From an uncultured Cytophagaceae bacterium (GTDB lineage Bacteria > Bacteroidota > Bacteroidia > Cytophagales > Spirosomataceae): a DNA stretch of 38,879 bases. A program made the position numbers and the translations under genes. The stretch covers positions 1-38,879 of the forward strand of contig CAILUB010000002.1 in the NCBI GenBank assembly GCA_903837305.1, written 5' to 3'. How positions within the stretch are numbered: position 1 is the first letter of the stretch; each line of letters starts with the position of its first letter. The notes beneath the pieces are model-generated. The model searched no databases and was not told the origin of the DNA. It saw nothing but the letters and a program-made list of their open reading frames with translations. Shown here in pieces: positions 8,626 to 16,528 of this stretch.

Positions 8626-8826
8626 TTATTCCTTTGGAAAATCGTTATCCTTTTGGGGGGTGGCAAGTTGAATGGTGTAGTCGGGTTTATTCCCACCATT
8701 ATCCTTGGTGGGAAAAACGGCAACCTTTACTTCACCAAATACCGAAAGGTCAATAATGCCAGAGAGATAATCGTTGCCGTTCTTATCTTGCTTCTTCCAT
8801 AAAACACCGATCTGCTTTGACTTCAC
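8626..8826 (-). CDS. DUF736-like small protein
   Basis: IGVLWKKQDKNGNDYLSGIID..KPDYTI; SD AGGAGGT before the GTG start. Confidence 0.7.
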   Translation of the reverse strand: MKSKQIGVLWKKQDKNGNDYLSGIIDLSVFGEVKVAVFPTKDNGGNKPDYTIQLATPQKDNDFPKE

Positions 8827-8841
8827 TTTACACCTCCTGTT

Positions 8842-9564
8842 TTAGGCTGTTAATGCCAAAAGCTGATTATGGCATTTAACGTGTTTCTCAAGGGCTATGG
8901 GTGGCGGTGCTGTTTTAAGCGCTTCCGTACAAGCCATATAATAGGCAAAAGCGTTTCGGTCCGTAAATTCTTCATGGCTGGGGTGCAACCATTCGTCTTT
9001 GACGGTGGTTAATTGCCTAGGTGAGATGATGTTCTTGCCAAACATCAAACCCATTGCTTTAAAGGCTTCATCGTCCGTCATCGGTCGGCTTTTAAGCGTG
9101 TCAATGTCGGCTGCTATTTCCTTAAAGCGATAAATAGACTTGTAAAGGGTTGAAATGATCATCGTTTCAAGATCGTTCCACACAAGGCGTGAGTGCCTCC
9201 TCATCGCCACTATATCGCCCGATAAGGCAAGATTGGAACAAATGAACACCGATGCACCTGTGGCAATTCCGATAGCTATACTCTTATCAAGGCTGTTGCG
9301 GTACGCTACTGATAAAGCAACGTCAGAAGCCTCGCCTTTAAAAGAAAGTATTGCAAAAAGTTGGTTGCCTTGTCTTGCCAGTCCGTAAGTTTCAGAAGAA
9401 AGAACGTAGTCTTTGAGGATGTTACCGGATATTTCTATCACCCTGTTTGCCAAGTCGAAATGCGATACCGGAATGAACGTGTCGGTCTGCTCTGGGACAG
9501 TAATAAGATCGAGAGCGTCCCTCGTTACATATTCACCACCTCTTGCCATCATTAATCCATTCAT
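8842..9564 (-). CDS. DUF932-family protein
   Basis: PVSH, RNSLDKSIA, ASVFICSNLALSGD..RRH motifs; SD GGAGGT. Confidence 0.75.
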   Translation of the reverse strand: MNGLMMARGGEYVTRDALDLITVPEQTDTFIPVSHFDLANRVIEISGNILKDYVLSSETYGLARQGNQLFAILSFKGEASDVALSVAYRNSLDKSIAIGIATGASVFICSNLALSGDIVAMRRHSRLVWNDLETMIISTLYKSIYRFKEIAADIDTLKSRPMTDDEAFKAMGLMFGKNIISPRQLTTVKDEWLHPSHEEFTDRNAFAYYMACTEALKTAPPPIALEKHVKCHNQLLALTA

Positions 9565-9578
9565 AAAACACCTCCATT

Positions 9579-9755
9579 TTATTTGTGATCATCTGATATG
9601 CCGGAACGAGCAAACATCGGAAAAACGTGTTTCAATTTGTGGTGTTTGATGTATTTCTCAGCTTCTTCTTTCGTTTCAAACCAAATGGTATTACCTTTTT
9701 TATCCCTTATGAGCTGGCAAGTGGTGTAATTAAGTAGGGCAAATATTCTCAACAT
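9579..9755 (-). CDS. Small hypothetical protein, 58 aa (not in ORF track)
   Basis: MLRIFALLNY..WFETKEEAEKYI; SD GAGGTG. Confidence 0.65.
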   Translation of the reverse strand: MLRIFALLNYTTCQLIRDKKGNTIWFETKEEAEKYIKHHKLKHVFPMFARSGISDDHK

Positions 9756-9922
9756 TTTTCACCTCGCTTATGTATATCTTTCCACCAGGGAGGAGGAGGT
9801 ATTGGGTTTATGTTTTCATTCAAGTGCAGGAAAACCCACTTATCAAGCTTTTGTTGGCATTTTTTACATAGAGATTTATTGTTTTTTGTAAATTTTCCAC
9901 ATTGACAACATCTATTTTTCAT
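9749..9922 (-). CDS. Small Zn-binding protein, 57 aa (not in ORF track)
   Basis: MKNRCCQCGKF..LCKKCQQ..PIPPPPWW; SD GAGGTG. Confidence 0.65.
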   Translation of the reverse strand: MKNRCCQCGKFTKNNKSLCKKCQQKLDKWVFLHLNENINPIPPPPWWKDIHKRGEKC

Positions 9923-9953
9923 TGTTCACCTCGCTTTGTTTTTTAAAGGGCAA

Positions 9954-10124
9954 TTAATTTATAAGGTGCTTTAATTCGGTGGCGTATTTGTCGGCTGTGG
10001 CAACTAATTCGTTATATCCTGGGTGTTCTATTCTGCGGTGGTATGGAAAGGCGAATTGAAAATGGTGTATTTCAATACAAATTAGTAGAAGTTCTTTTCT
10101 AAGTAATAATATTTGGTCTGGCAT
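9954..10124 (-). CDS. Small hypothetical protein (start re-called at MPDQIL)
   Basis: TAATATG coupling to the upstream small gene. Confidence 0.55.
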   Translation of the reverse strand: MPDQILLLRKELLLICIEIHHFQFAFPYHRRIEHPGYNELVATADKYATELKHLIN

Positions 10125-10125
10125 A

Positions 10126-10266
10126 TTATTCGCCGTTATAGGCCAGTTTCTTACACTTCGGACAAGAAGCAATATGTCCACCTCCATATACTTTCAAAAC
10201 AACGAAAAGCGTTTTTCCGCAAGACAAGCATTTAACAAGTTTTTTGGTCCTGGCAGTAAGGCTCAT
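10126..10266 (-). CDS. Small Zn-ribbon protein, 46 aa (not in ORF track)
   Basis: MSLTARTKKLVKCLSCGKTLFVVLKVYGGGHIASCPKCKKLAYNGE. Confidence 0.7.
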   Translation of the reverse strand: MSLTARTKKLVKCLSCGKTLFVVLKVYGGGHIASCPKCKKLAYNGE

Positions 10267-10269
10267 AGC

Positions 10270-11025
10270 TTAATAAATTAATGGTCTTAAATTTCCTTTG
10301 TGATCGTAGCAGACGGCATCTTTGGGGTTTTTAATCAGTCGGTAATAGTTCGGATAAGGCATAAACAGAATTTTGTCTGATAGTTCGCACTGGGCTACTA
10401 TTTTAAAAATCATTTTCTTAATTTCGCCCTTTATGGTCTGGTATTCAGGGGTATTGTATTCGATATGTCTTTTGTACGGAGGGAAATTACGGGCTAACAC
10501 GATTAAATGTTTAGCGTTCTTGGGAGTCTTGAAATCCATTATCGGTTTCAGCTTCTTAGTGTAGAGTTCGCCTGTAGACATTCGCCTTTCAAGTTCCAGG
10601 TAAATTATCTTATCATCTATTTCCACAAAAGCATCGGGCGTATATCCTCCTAATCTAGGCTCGTGCTTAATGCTAAACCCTCTATTCCAATAAGCTGCAA
10701 ACATTGAGATTAAAACGTCTTGCTTCATGCTATCGTGTTCTTCCTTTAATTGTCCCTTTTCTCTTGTGTACTTTGGATCTATATCAAGTTTTCTATATAA
10801 AATTTTGGTCGGTCTGTAAAATTGTCTTGGTGTATGGCGATAATGGTCATATTTATCAAGTACGGGTTCAATAAGTTCCTGTTTCAAAAGTTTTCTAATA
10901 TATAACCTGGCATTCTTATCAATTCCCTCTATGGTCTTAGCTGTTGGACTGGCAATAACACTTAAATTGTTGGCATTTAAATATTGCAGTGTTCCAAATG
11001 CTTTTTTAACTTCTGTGATGTTCAT
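10270..11025 (-). CDS. Replication-relaxation (Replic_Relax / MOBC-like) protein 2
   Basis: wHTH-like N-terminus, EEHDSM, and TPDAFVEIDDKIIYLELER (D-x12-E-x-E). Confidence 0.75.
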   Translation of the reverse strand: MNITEVKKAFGTLQYLNANNLSVIASPTAKTIEGIDKNARLYIRKLLKQELIEPVLDKYDHYRHTPRQFYRPTKILYRKLDIDPKYTREKGQLKEEHDSMKQDVLISMFAAYWNRGFSIKHEPRLGGYTPDAFVEIDDKIIYLELERRMSTGELYTKKLKPIMDFKTPKNAKHLIVLARNFPPYKRHIEYNTPEYQTIKGEIKKMIFKIVAQCELSDKILFMPYPNYYRLIKNPKDAVCYDHKGNLRPLIY

Positions 11026-11028
11026 AAT

Positions 11029-11496
11029 TTACACATTAGCGTGATATTGATTTTGCGGAGCAAACTTTTTGCTATGCGCTTTAAAATGACATCTATCACA
11101 TAATAAAATTAAATTGTTTGGATTATTATTTGGAGTGCGTGTTTTTGATTTACCCATAAAATCTTCATGATGTAAAACAAGTTTTCTCTTTGTTTCTCCA
11201 CAATATTTACATTTATTCCCGTCTCGTTTATATACAGCTAAAACATTATCAAAACCATACGTTAATACAACCGGATAAGTTATATTACAATTTGTACTTT
11301 GTTTTAACTCCGTATTCCTTTTTAACAAATAATTTTTTGTTATTTGTTTTGCCTTTTCTTTGTTTGGACGATATTTCTTTTGATATTCATAATGGCATTT
11401 TTTGCAATGCCCTTGTCTAAAATACCTTTGTCCACTTCTAATTATATAGAATTTGTCTATTGCTTTTCTTTTTAGGCATTTTTTACAAATTGGCAT
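11029..11496 (-). CDS. HNH endonuclease with N-terminal Zn finger
   Basis: RDGNKCKYCG..LVLHHED..NNNPNNLILLCDRCHFKAH. Confidence 0.9.
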   Translation of the reverse strand: MPICKKCLKRKAIDKFYIIRSGQRYFRQGHCKKCHYEYQKKYRPNKEKAKQITKNYLLKRNTELKQSTNCNITYPVVLTYGFDNVLAVYKRDGNKCKYCGETKRKLVLHHEDFMGKSKTRTPNNNPNNLILLCDRCHFKAHSKKFAPQNQYHANV

Positions 11497-11756
11497 ATTA
11501 ACAAATTTGCGATTAACTTTCGGCGAAGTCGAAAGCTGGGGGGTTCATCTTTTATGCGTATATTGCTAAAAGCGAAGCTCCCAGCTTTCGGGTTTTCTTG
11601 CCACCTTTTGGTGGTAGAAAAGGCGAAATGTTAATCGCACTATAATAGCGATTTTTCGCTAAAGTTATTTAAATGGCGAATAAAGCGGTGGGTACAAATT
11701 GCTTTTGCGGATTTTAGAAATTGTTATTTTCAGTTATCCACAAGCTGTATATTATT

Positions 11757-11784
11757 ATTATAGCAAACTGACATAATCTTTCAA
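11757..11784 (-). promoter_or_regulatory. Sigma70-type promoter reading out of attP into the HNH operon
   Basis: TTGAAA-N16-TATAAT (TTTGCTATAAT); perfect DnaA box TTATCCACA at 11734-11742. Confidence 0.65.
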
Positions 11785-11920
11785 GGGCTGAAAACGGGCT
11801 GAAAATAGTTTCTTAAATGTTCTTTTATATAGAAAATTGTCTTATATGTTCTTAGCGGAATATTGTTTTGTTCCCGTAAGTTACGATTTTTAATATGCTT
11901 TGGAAATAAAGCTGTAAATA

Positions 11921-11974
11921 ACTTAAAATCCCTCGGAGCCTCGCTCTGTACGAGTTCGATTCTCGTCCCAGGCA
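11921..11974 (+). other. att core: 3' half of tRNA-Leu(UAA)
   Basis: Anticodon loop CTTAAAA, TCCCT, long variable arm CGGAGC/GCTCTG, T arm ACGAG-TTCGATT-CTCGT, acceptor strand CCCAGGC-A; no 5' half or D arm upstream. Confidence 0.9.
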
Positions 11975-11988
11975 TTACTTGTAAAATT

Positions 11989-12021
11989 AAGGGGTTATGG
12001 CCGATAGGCTTAACCCCTTTT
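11989..12021. terminator. Hairpin terminator between the att core and integrase
   Basis: AAGGGGTTA..TAACCCCTT followed by Ts. Confidence 0.7.
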
Positions 12022-12061
12022 ATATTGCTTTGGAAATTGCTGGGCTGAAAATGGGCTGAAA

Positions 12062-13030
12062 TCAGAAAAAATTGTGCCCTAAGAACTGCAAATACCGCTG
12101 TGTCGTTGCCAGATTTGTATGGCCTAAAAGGTTCATGATCTCAATCAATGGTCTGCCTTCCGTTGCCAGTTTTGAAGCATATCTGTGGCGTAAATTATGC
12201 CAATTCCATTTAGTAGGAAACTCGCATAATTTGACAGCCTGTTCAAGAAAACGAGGGTAATCATCCCATTCATAGAATACCTTGCCCTTTCCGGTTATTC
12301 CGTTTAAGCAAGGCGGTAAAGGTACTATTCTGGCTGTCAAATTGCTGTTTTTGGCCTTTCTAGTATAAAGGATAACCTTATCATCCCGAATATGGTCATA
12401 TGACAGCCGTACAGCCTCGTTTATGCGACAACCGCTCTCTGATACAAAATCGAACAGTAAACGTTGTCTAGGGCTCAAAACTTCACGTACAAAGTCAATC
12501 TGTGATTGAGGAGGAATGTATTTTGCGTTTTGGTCAATAGAATACATTTCAATCCCGATAACAGGGTTTTTAATATCAAGTTCTTTTCGCCTTATTCCGT
12601 AAAAGAAAAGTGCCTTTAATAACCTGATCATGGAATTGACTTTAAAATAGCCCCTATTGGCCTTTTTAAGCCGTTTAGCTTCCAATTCTACAAGGTCAAT
12701 AATATCTTTCTTTCTAATCCTTGAAACCATTATATCCGTACCGAGAAAATCGATCAGCTTTTTCATATACCTTTTGTTTTCCTTGTAGTAATCAAGCGAC
12801 TTAGTATCTTTGATAAAATCGAGCCGGTCATTTACAAGGTCCAAGAGCTTCATGTCGGTACGAATATTGATAATCTTGTTTTGCAAATCCCGCAGATATT
12901 CCCTTTCAGCGTCCTGGGCTTGCTTCTTGGTGAGATACACGGATTTTGAACAATACTTAATCCCGTTAAAACTTCCGAGATAACGCCATCTTTCGCCGCG
13001 CTTTTTAAGCTTCCGTTTCTGGGCTGGCAC
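12062..13030 (-). CDS. int: Tyrosine integrase
   Basis: GCRINEA (R), HNLRH (HxxR), LLGH, TQRY (Y); SD AGGAGGT before the GTG start. Confidence 0.95.
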   Translation of the reverse strand: MPAQKRKLKKRGERWRYLGSFNGIKYCSKSVYLTKKQAQDAEREYLRDLQNKIINIRTDMKLLDLVNDRLDFIKDTKSLDYYKENKRYMKKLIDFLGTDIMVSRIRKKDIIDLVELEAKRLKKANRGYFKVNSMIRLLKALFFYGIRRKELDIKNPVIGIEMYSIDQNAKYIPPQSQIDFVREVLSPRQRLLFDFVSESGCRINEAVRLSYDHIRDDKVILYTRKAKNSNLTARIVPLPPCLNGITGKGKVFYEWDDYPRFLEQAVKLCEFPTKWNWHNLRHRYASKLATEGRPLIEIMNLLGHTNLATTQRYLQFLGHNFF

Positions 13031-13167
13031 AGTCCACCTCCTTGAATTTTAATGTGCAATATTTGAATTTTTGTTAAACTGTAATTTCCTAAATGGATGG
13101 TGGTTAGGTTTGAAAAGCAAAAGGTGTTTAAAAAATTCAAGGAAGGATGGTGTGCTTGTGGTTCGTT

Positions 13168-13386
13168 ATGGACTATCATATCATCAGTTCCCAGGAGTTA
13201 GCCGGTAAGCTTAAGATGTCGTTAAAAACGATGTATAAGCTATTAAACGGCGGACAGATACCTGGGAGCAAAAAGGTCGGTGGACTTTGGTACATTGATC
13301 TGAACATCTTTGAAGCCTCCTTTTCAAAACCCACTATCAAGGTTAAGGCAGACGGCGGCTCTATGAACCGCCATAATCTGCAATAA
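13168..13386 (+). CDS. xis: Excisionase-like HTH protein
   Basis: SSQELAGKLKMSLKTMYKLLNGGQIPGSKKVGGLWYI; divergent from the integrase. Confidence 0.8.
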   Translation: MDYHIISSQELAGKLKMSLKTMYKLLNGGQIPGSKKVGGLWYIDLNIFEASFSKPTIKVKADGGSMNRHNLQ

Positions 13387-13391
13387 CCACT

Positions 13392-13414
13392 GGGGCGGAT
13401 ATTCCGCCCCTTTT
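13392..13414. terminator. Intrinsic terminator
   Basis: GGGGCGGA-tat-TCCGCCCC-TTTT. Confidence 0.8.
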
Positions 13415-13577
13415 ACTTTTTACATTTATGTTTCTTTTTAGGTGCTTTAAAATTGTCTGTAAATGCTTTCCCCCAACCCGTACAAAGTTGCCTGACTGCT
13501 TCCTTTCCAAATCCTTTTGCTACTTTTCCTGTTGCTTTAATTCCTGAATACTTTAGAAAATCACTTGTCAAACTCAT
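13413..13577 (-). CDS. Small cationic peptide, 54 aa (not in ORF track)
   Basis: MSLTSDFLKYSGIKATGKVAKGFGKEAVRQLCTGWGKAFTDNFKAPKKKHKCKK; SD AAGGAG. Confidence 0.55.
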   Translation of the reverse strand: MSLTSDFLKYSGIKATGKVAKGFGKEAVRQLCTGWGKAFTDNFKAPKKKHKCKK

Positions 13578-13653
13578 CTTCCGTTCTCCTTTGAATAAGA
13601 TTTTCTATATTCTAGTTTGGATGGTTAAATCTGAACAAGAGAAGATAAGGGAA

Positions 13654-14007
13654 TTATTGAGTAAGTTTTAACTTCTCGTACATTGACTTGTAATAAGCTA
13701 CATCTGTCTTAACGTAAGCGCTCTTTTTCTTTTGCAAGTCGGCAAGCCATTTTTTACCTTTAAGAGTATTTATTCGGTTTTGTATTTCGGGGTTGCTATT
13801 GTGCAAGGAAAAATGACAACCCTGACAAATAGGAATTATGTTCTCCCAACAATAACGTAAGGCTGATGACGTACTTTTGGGGTAGTAGTGATGACCGCAG
13901 GATACTGGCTTTCCGCAAACTAAACATCTGTCATAAGTTGCTCTAACTAATTCTTGTAAAAGCTTATCGCATTTATTGCGAAGTGTTTTGATGTTTGGTT
14001 TTTTCAT
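13654..14007 (-). CDS. NinG/Rap-like HNH endonuclease
   Basis: KCDKLLQELVR..CLVCG..GHHYY..LRYCWENIIPICQGCH. Confidence 0.8.
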   Translation of the reverse strand: MKKPNIKTLRNKCDKLLQELVRATYDRCLVCGKPVSCGHHYYPKSTSSALRYCWENIIPICQGCHFSLHNSNPEIQNRINTLKGKKWLADLQKKKSAYVKTDVAYYKSMYEKLKLTQ

Positions 14008-14110
14008 AATAATTTCCTTACCCCGCCCGAAAGCGGAGCGACTTTTCTAGTTGTTAGCACTTGAAAGTCGAGTATTAAGTTGTATTCACCTTTAGGGCGA
14101 GGTAGGGAAG

Positions 14111-14281
14111 TTATTTAGCGTATTTCTCTATAATCAAATTACAAACTATTTTTGCCATTGAAAGTTTTTTGCCAGATTTTATTGATGTTCTTTTAGCTTC
14201 TCTTAAGATATTATAAACATCCTTGGTAATTCCAACCTGCTTTTCCAATTTCAATTCTTCTTTGTCTGAATATAATTGCAT
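14111..14281 (-). CDS. Small RHH-like DNA-binding protein, 56 aa (not in ORF track)
   Basis: KQVGITKDVYNILREAK..SMAKIVCNLIIEKY. Confidence 0.6.
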   Translation of the reverse strand: MQLYSDKEELKLEKQVGITKDVYNILREAKRTSIKSGKKLSMAKIVCNLIIEKYAK

Positions 14282-14478
14282 ATACGTGAATATATCTTGC
14301 TATATCTGAATATAGAGGGCTCTTCCAGCTCTTCCCTCTGGAATGTAAGGTCCAACCCCTAAAATCTCGTTTAGGGTCATAGTTGTCCACGTTCCGTCGG
14401 TTTTCGCAGTTTTCGCCCTATAAAGACTATTATTGCTAATAATCTCTAAGGAGAGCCAAATAAATTTGGCGATTTTTG

Positions 14479-14673
14479 TTATTTTGTGATCGGGACCAAG
14501 TAATTCCAACCGCATACAGGACAGGTTGTTTTTCTGCCTGTGGCCATGTAAAGCAAATAAAAAACCCCTGGAATAACAAAAAACAGGAGTAAGAATAATA
14601 GCAGGATACAAGATCCTCGGTTTTGAATTTTTGGTCTGCCTTCGTATTGGCAGTTTGGACATTTTATAGTCAT
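14479..14673 (-). CDS. Small membrane Zn-ribbon protein (LITAF-like topology)
   Basis: CPNC, hydrophobic stretch, CPVCG. Confidence 0.75.
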   Translation of the reverse strand: MTIKCPNCQYEGRPKIQNRGSCILLLFLLLFFVIPGVFYLLYMATGRKTTCPVCGWNYLVPITK

Positions 14674-14865
14674 ACAAAGAAAGTCTTATCAACAAGGCGG
14701 GTAAACGTAGGAAACCGCCTCATTAACAAGACTATCTTTGCCTACGTTTGTTTATTTTATTTACTTGTTGATTAAGGGCAGATACTAGTTATCTACCCAT
14801 TATTCCCCAGCAAGGAGGTTACCGGGAAATCCCCATGATTAATGAAATTTGCACTTCACAAGTTC

Positions 14866-14903
14866 ATAATAGCAAAATGACAGAATCCGTCAAGTGGATA
14901 ACT
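14866..14903 (-). promoter_or_regulatory. Promoter with adjacent DnaA-box-like motif
   Basis: AGTTATCCAC-TTGACG-N16-TATTAT (TTTGCTATTAT). Confidence 0.65.
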
Positions 14904-14956
14904 TCGGGATTTTTATTTGAAAATTTGGTATAAAAATAGTAGCTAAGGGGGTTAAA

Positions 14957-16399
14957 ATGGATAACACGTTATATTACGGTGATAATCTTAATATTCTTCG
15001 ACACAAAGTAAAAGACGAATCTATTGATCTGATTTATCTTGATCCCCCATTTAATAGCAAAACCGATTATAACATCCTTTTTAAAGAACCAACCGGCGAG
15101 CTTTCTAAATCTCAAATAATGGCCTTTGAAGATACCTGGCATTGGAGCGAGGAATCAGAAAAAGCCTTTGAAGAAATATTAATGAGCCATTCAGAAGTTG
15201 CCGAAATGATGAGAGCATTTAGGGAATTTTTAAAAGACAACGATGTTATGGCTTATTTGACTATGATGTGTGTTAGGCTGCTTGAGTTGCAAAGAGTGTT
15301 AAAAACAACCGGTTCAATCTATTTGCATTGCGACCCTACAGCCAGCCATTATTTAAAAATTCTAATGGATGCCATTTTCGGAAAGAAGAATTTTAAGAAT
15401 GAAATAATTTGGCATTATCGTAAGTGGCCATCGGGTAAAAGACAGTTTCAGCGGAATCATGACATTGTTTTATTTTATGCTAAAAGTGATTCGGCTGATC
15501 GAATTTTTAAACAAATTGATTTTATGGAAAGAACTGAATCAACTTTAAAGAGATTTGGAAAATCAAAGATCGTATCCGGACATGATGAAAACGGAAATAG
15601 ACTTCCCTCACAAGTGGAGGATGTAGAATCGTTGGGAGTACCGAGGGATGATGTTTGGGACATTGGCAGAGTACCGCCCATAAAGCAGTTATTTCCGACT
15701 CAAAAACCGCAACAATTATTATCGAGAATAATTAGAGCAAGCAGTAATGAAGGCGATGTTATTCTTGACCCATTTTGCGGTTGTGGAACAACCATTGTTG
15801 AAGCGCAAAACCTAAAAAGAATTTGGCAGGGAATAGATATAACATTCCTTTCGATAAGTTTAATTAAAAAACGGTTAAAAGATATTTATAATGTAACCGC
15901 TCCGAAAGATTATCAAATATTTGGTGAGCCTACTGACCTACCTGGCGCTTTAGCCTTAAAGGATATTAACAAACATCAATTCCAATGGTGGGCTGTGTCT
16001 TTAGTAGATGGGATACCATACAAAGGCGGTAAAAAAGGTGCAGATACTGGGATTGACGGATATATTTACTTTGCGGACGAAGAAAAATACAAGAAAGCAA
16101 TTATTTCTGTCAAAAGCGGTCATGTTGGAGTTAAAGATATTAGAGAGTTGAATGATGTTGTCGATAGGGAAAAAGCGGAAATAGGGGTATTTATAACCCT
16201 TGAATCGTCAACAGAGCCAATGAGAAAAGAAGCCATTGGCAAAGGATTTTATTATTCGACAAAATTAAACAAGAATTTTCCTAAAATTCAAATATTAACA
16301 ATAGAAGAATTGTTTGATAACAGGAGACCGAACATTCCGCAAGTTGTTTCAATGTATAAGAAAGCGGAAAAATCGGTAGATCAAGGGATGTTAATTTAA
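14957..16399 (+). CDS. Amino (N6-A/N4-C) DNA methyltransferase with C-terminal Mrr-like nuclease-fold domain
   Basis: YLDPPF, FPTQKP, DPFCGCGTT (beta class); C-terminal ADTGIDG..IISVKSG. Confidence 0.9.
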   Translation: MDNTLYYGDNLNILRHKVKDESIDLIYLDPPFNSKTDYNILFKEPTGELSKSQIMAFEDTWHWSEESEKAFEEILMSHSEVAEMMRAFREFLKDNDVMAYLTMMCVRLLELQRVLKTTGSIYLHCDPTASHYLKILMDAIFGKKNFKNEIIWHYRKWPSGKRQFQRNHDIVLFYAKSDSADRIFKQIDFMERTESTLKRFGKSKIVSGHDENGNRLPSQVEDVESLGVPRDDVWDIGRVPPIKQLFPTQKPQQLLSRIIRASSNEGDVILDPFCGCGTTIVEAQNLKRIWQGIDITFLSISLIKKRLKDIYNVTAPKDYQIFGEPTDLPGALALKDINKHQFQWWAVSLVDGIPYKGGKKGADTGIDGYIYFADEEKYKKAIISVKSGHVGVKDIRELNDVVDREKAEIGVFITLESSTEPMRKEAIGKGFYYSTKLNKNFPKIQILTIEELFDNRRPNIPQVVSMYKKAEKSVDQGMLI

Positions 16400-16527
16400 A
16401 ATCGCCACAAGTGCGGAGCAATAAACTTAAAGAATAATAGAATAGTGCCTATTGCCGTAAGCGTGGCGATAAACGTATCAATTACCACGTGCGAAACGTG
16501 GCAGACGAAAGAATAGAAATCTTTCAT
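16396..16527 (-). CDS. Small single-TM protein, 43 aa, lysis-associated (not in ORF track)
   Basis: MKDFYSFVCHVSHVVIDTFIATLTAIGTILLFFKFIAPHLWRF; TAATATG coupled. Confidence 0.55.
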   Translation of the reverse strand: MKDFYSFVCHVSHVVIDTFIATLTAIGTILLFFKFIAPHLWRF

Positions 16528-16528
16528 A

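Larger units (their letters stand above)
11785..12061 (+). mobile_element. attP region with arm-type repeats
   Basis: GGGCTGAAA(A) twice at 11785-11805 and twice at 12042-12061; TGCTTTGGAAAT at 11896-11907 and 12026-12037; these flank the tRNA-derived core, next to the integrase stop. Confidence 0.85.

Noticed and set aside
8484-8723. 79-aa ORF, and similarly 12850-13179
   Set aside because: Alternate-frame overlaps of the DUF736-like gene and promoter, and of the integrase, respectively.
11781-12048. ORFs 11781-11975 (-) and 11863-12048 (+), or a functional tRNA-Leu
   Set aside because: The ORFs are translations of the att/tRNA sequence. The tRNA lacks its 5' acceptor strand and D arm, so it is an att core, not a gene.
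11785-12061. GGGCTGAAAA repeats as a mini-CRISPR or iterons
   Set aside because: They are 10-bp tandem pairs without spacers, placed like integrase arm sites; no cas genes are present.
14300-14695. 131-aa ORF
   Set aside because: It overlaps the better-supported Zn-ribbon membrane gene and its leader stem; 14300-14470 remains unexplained.
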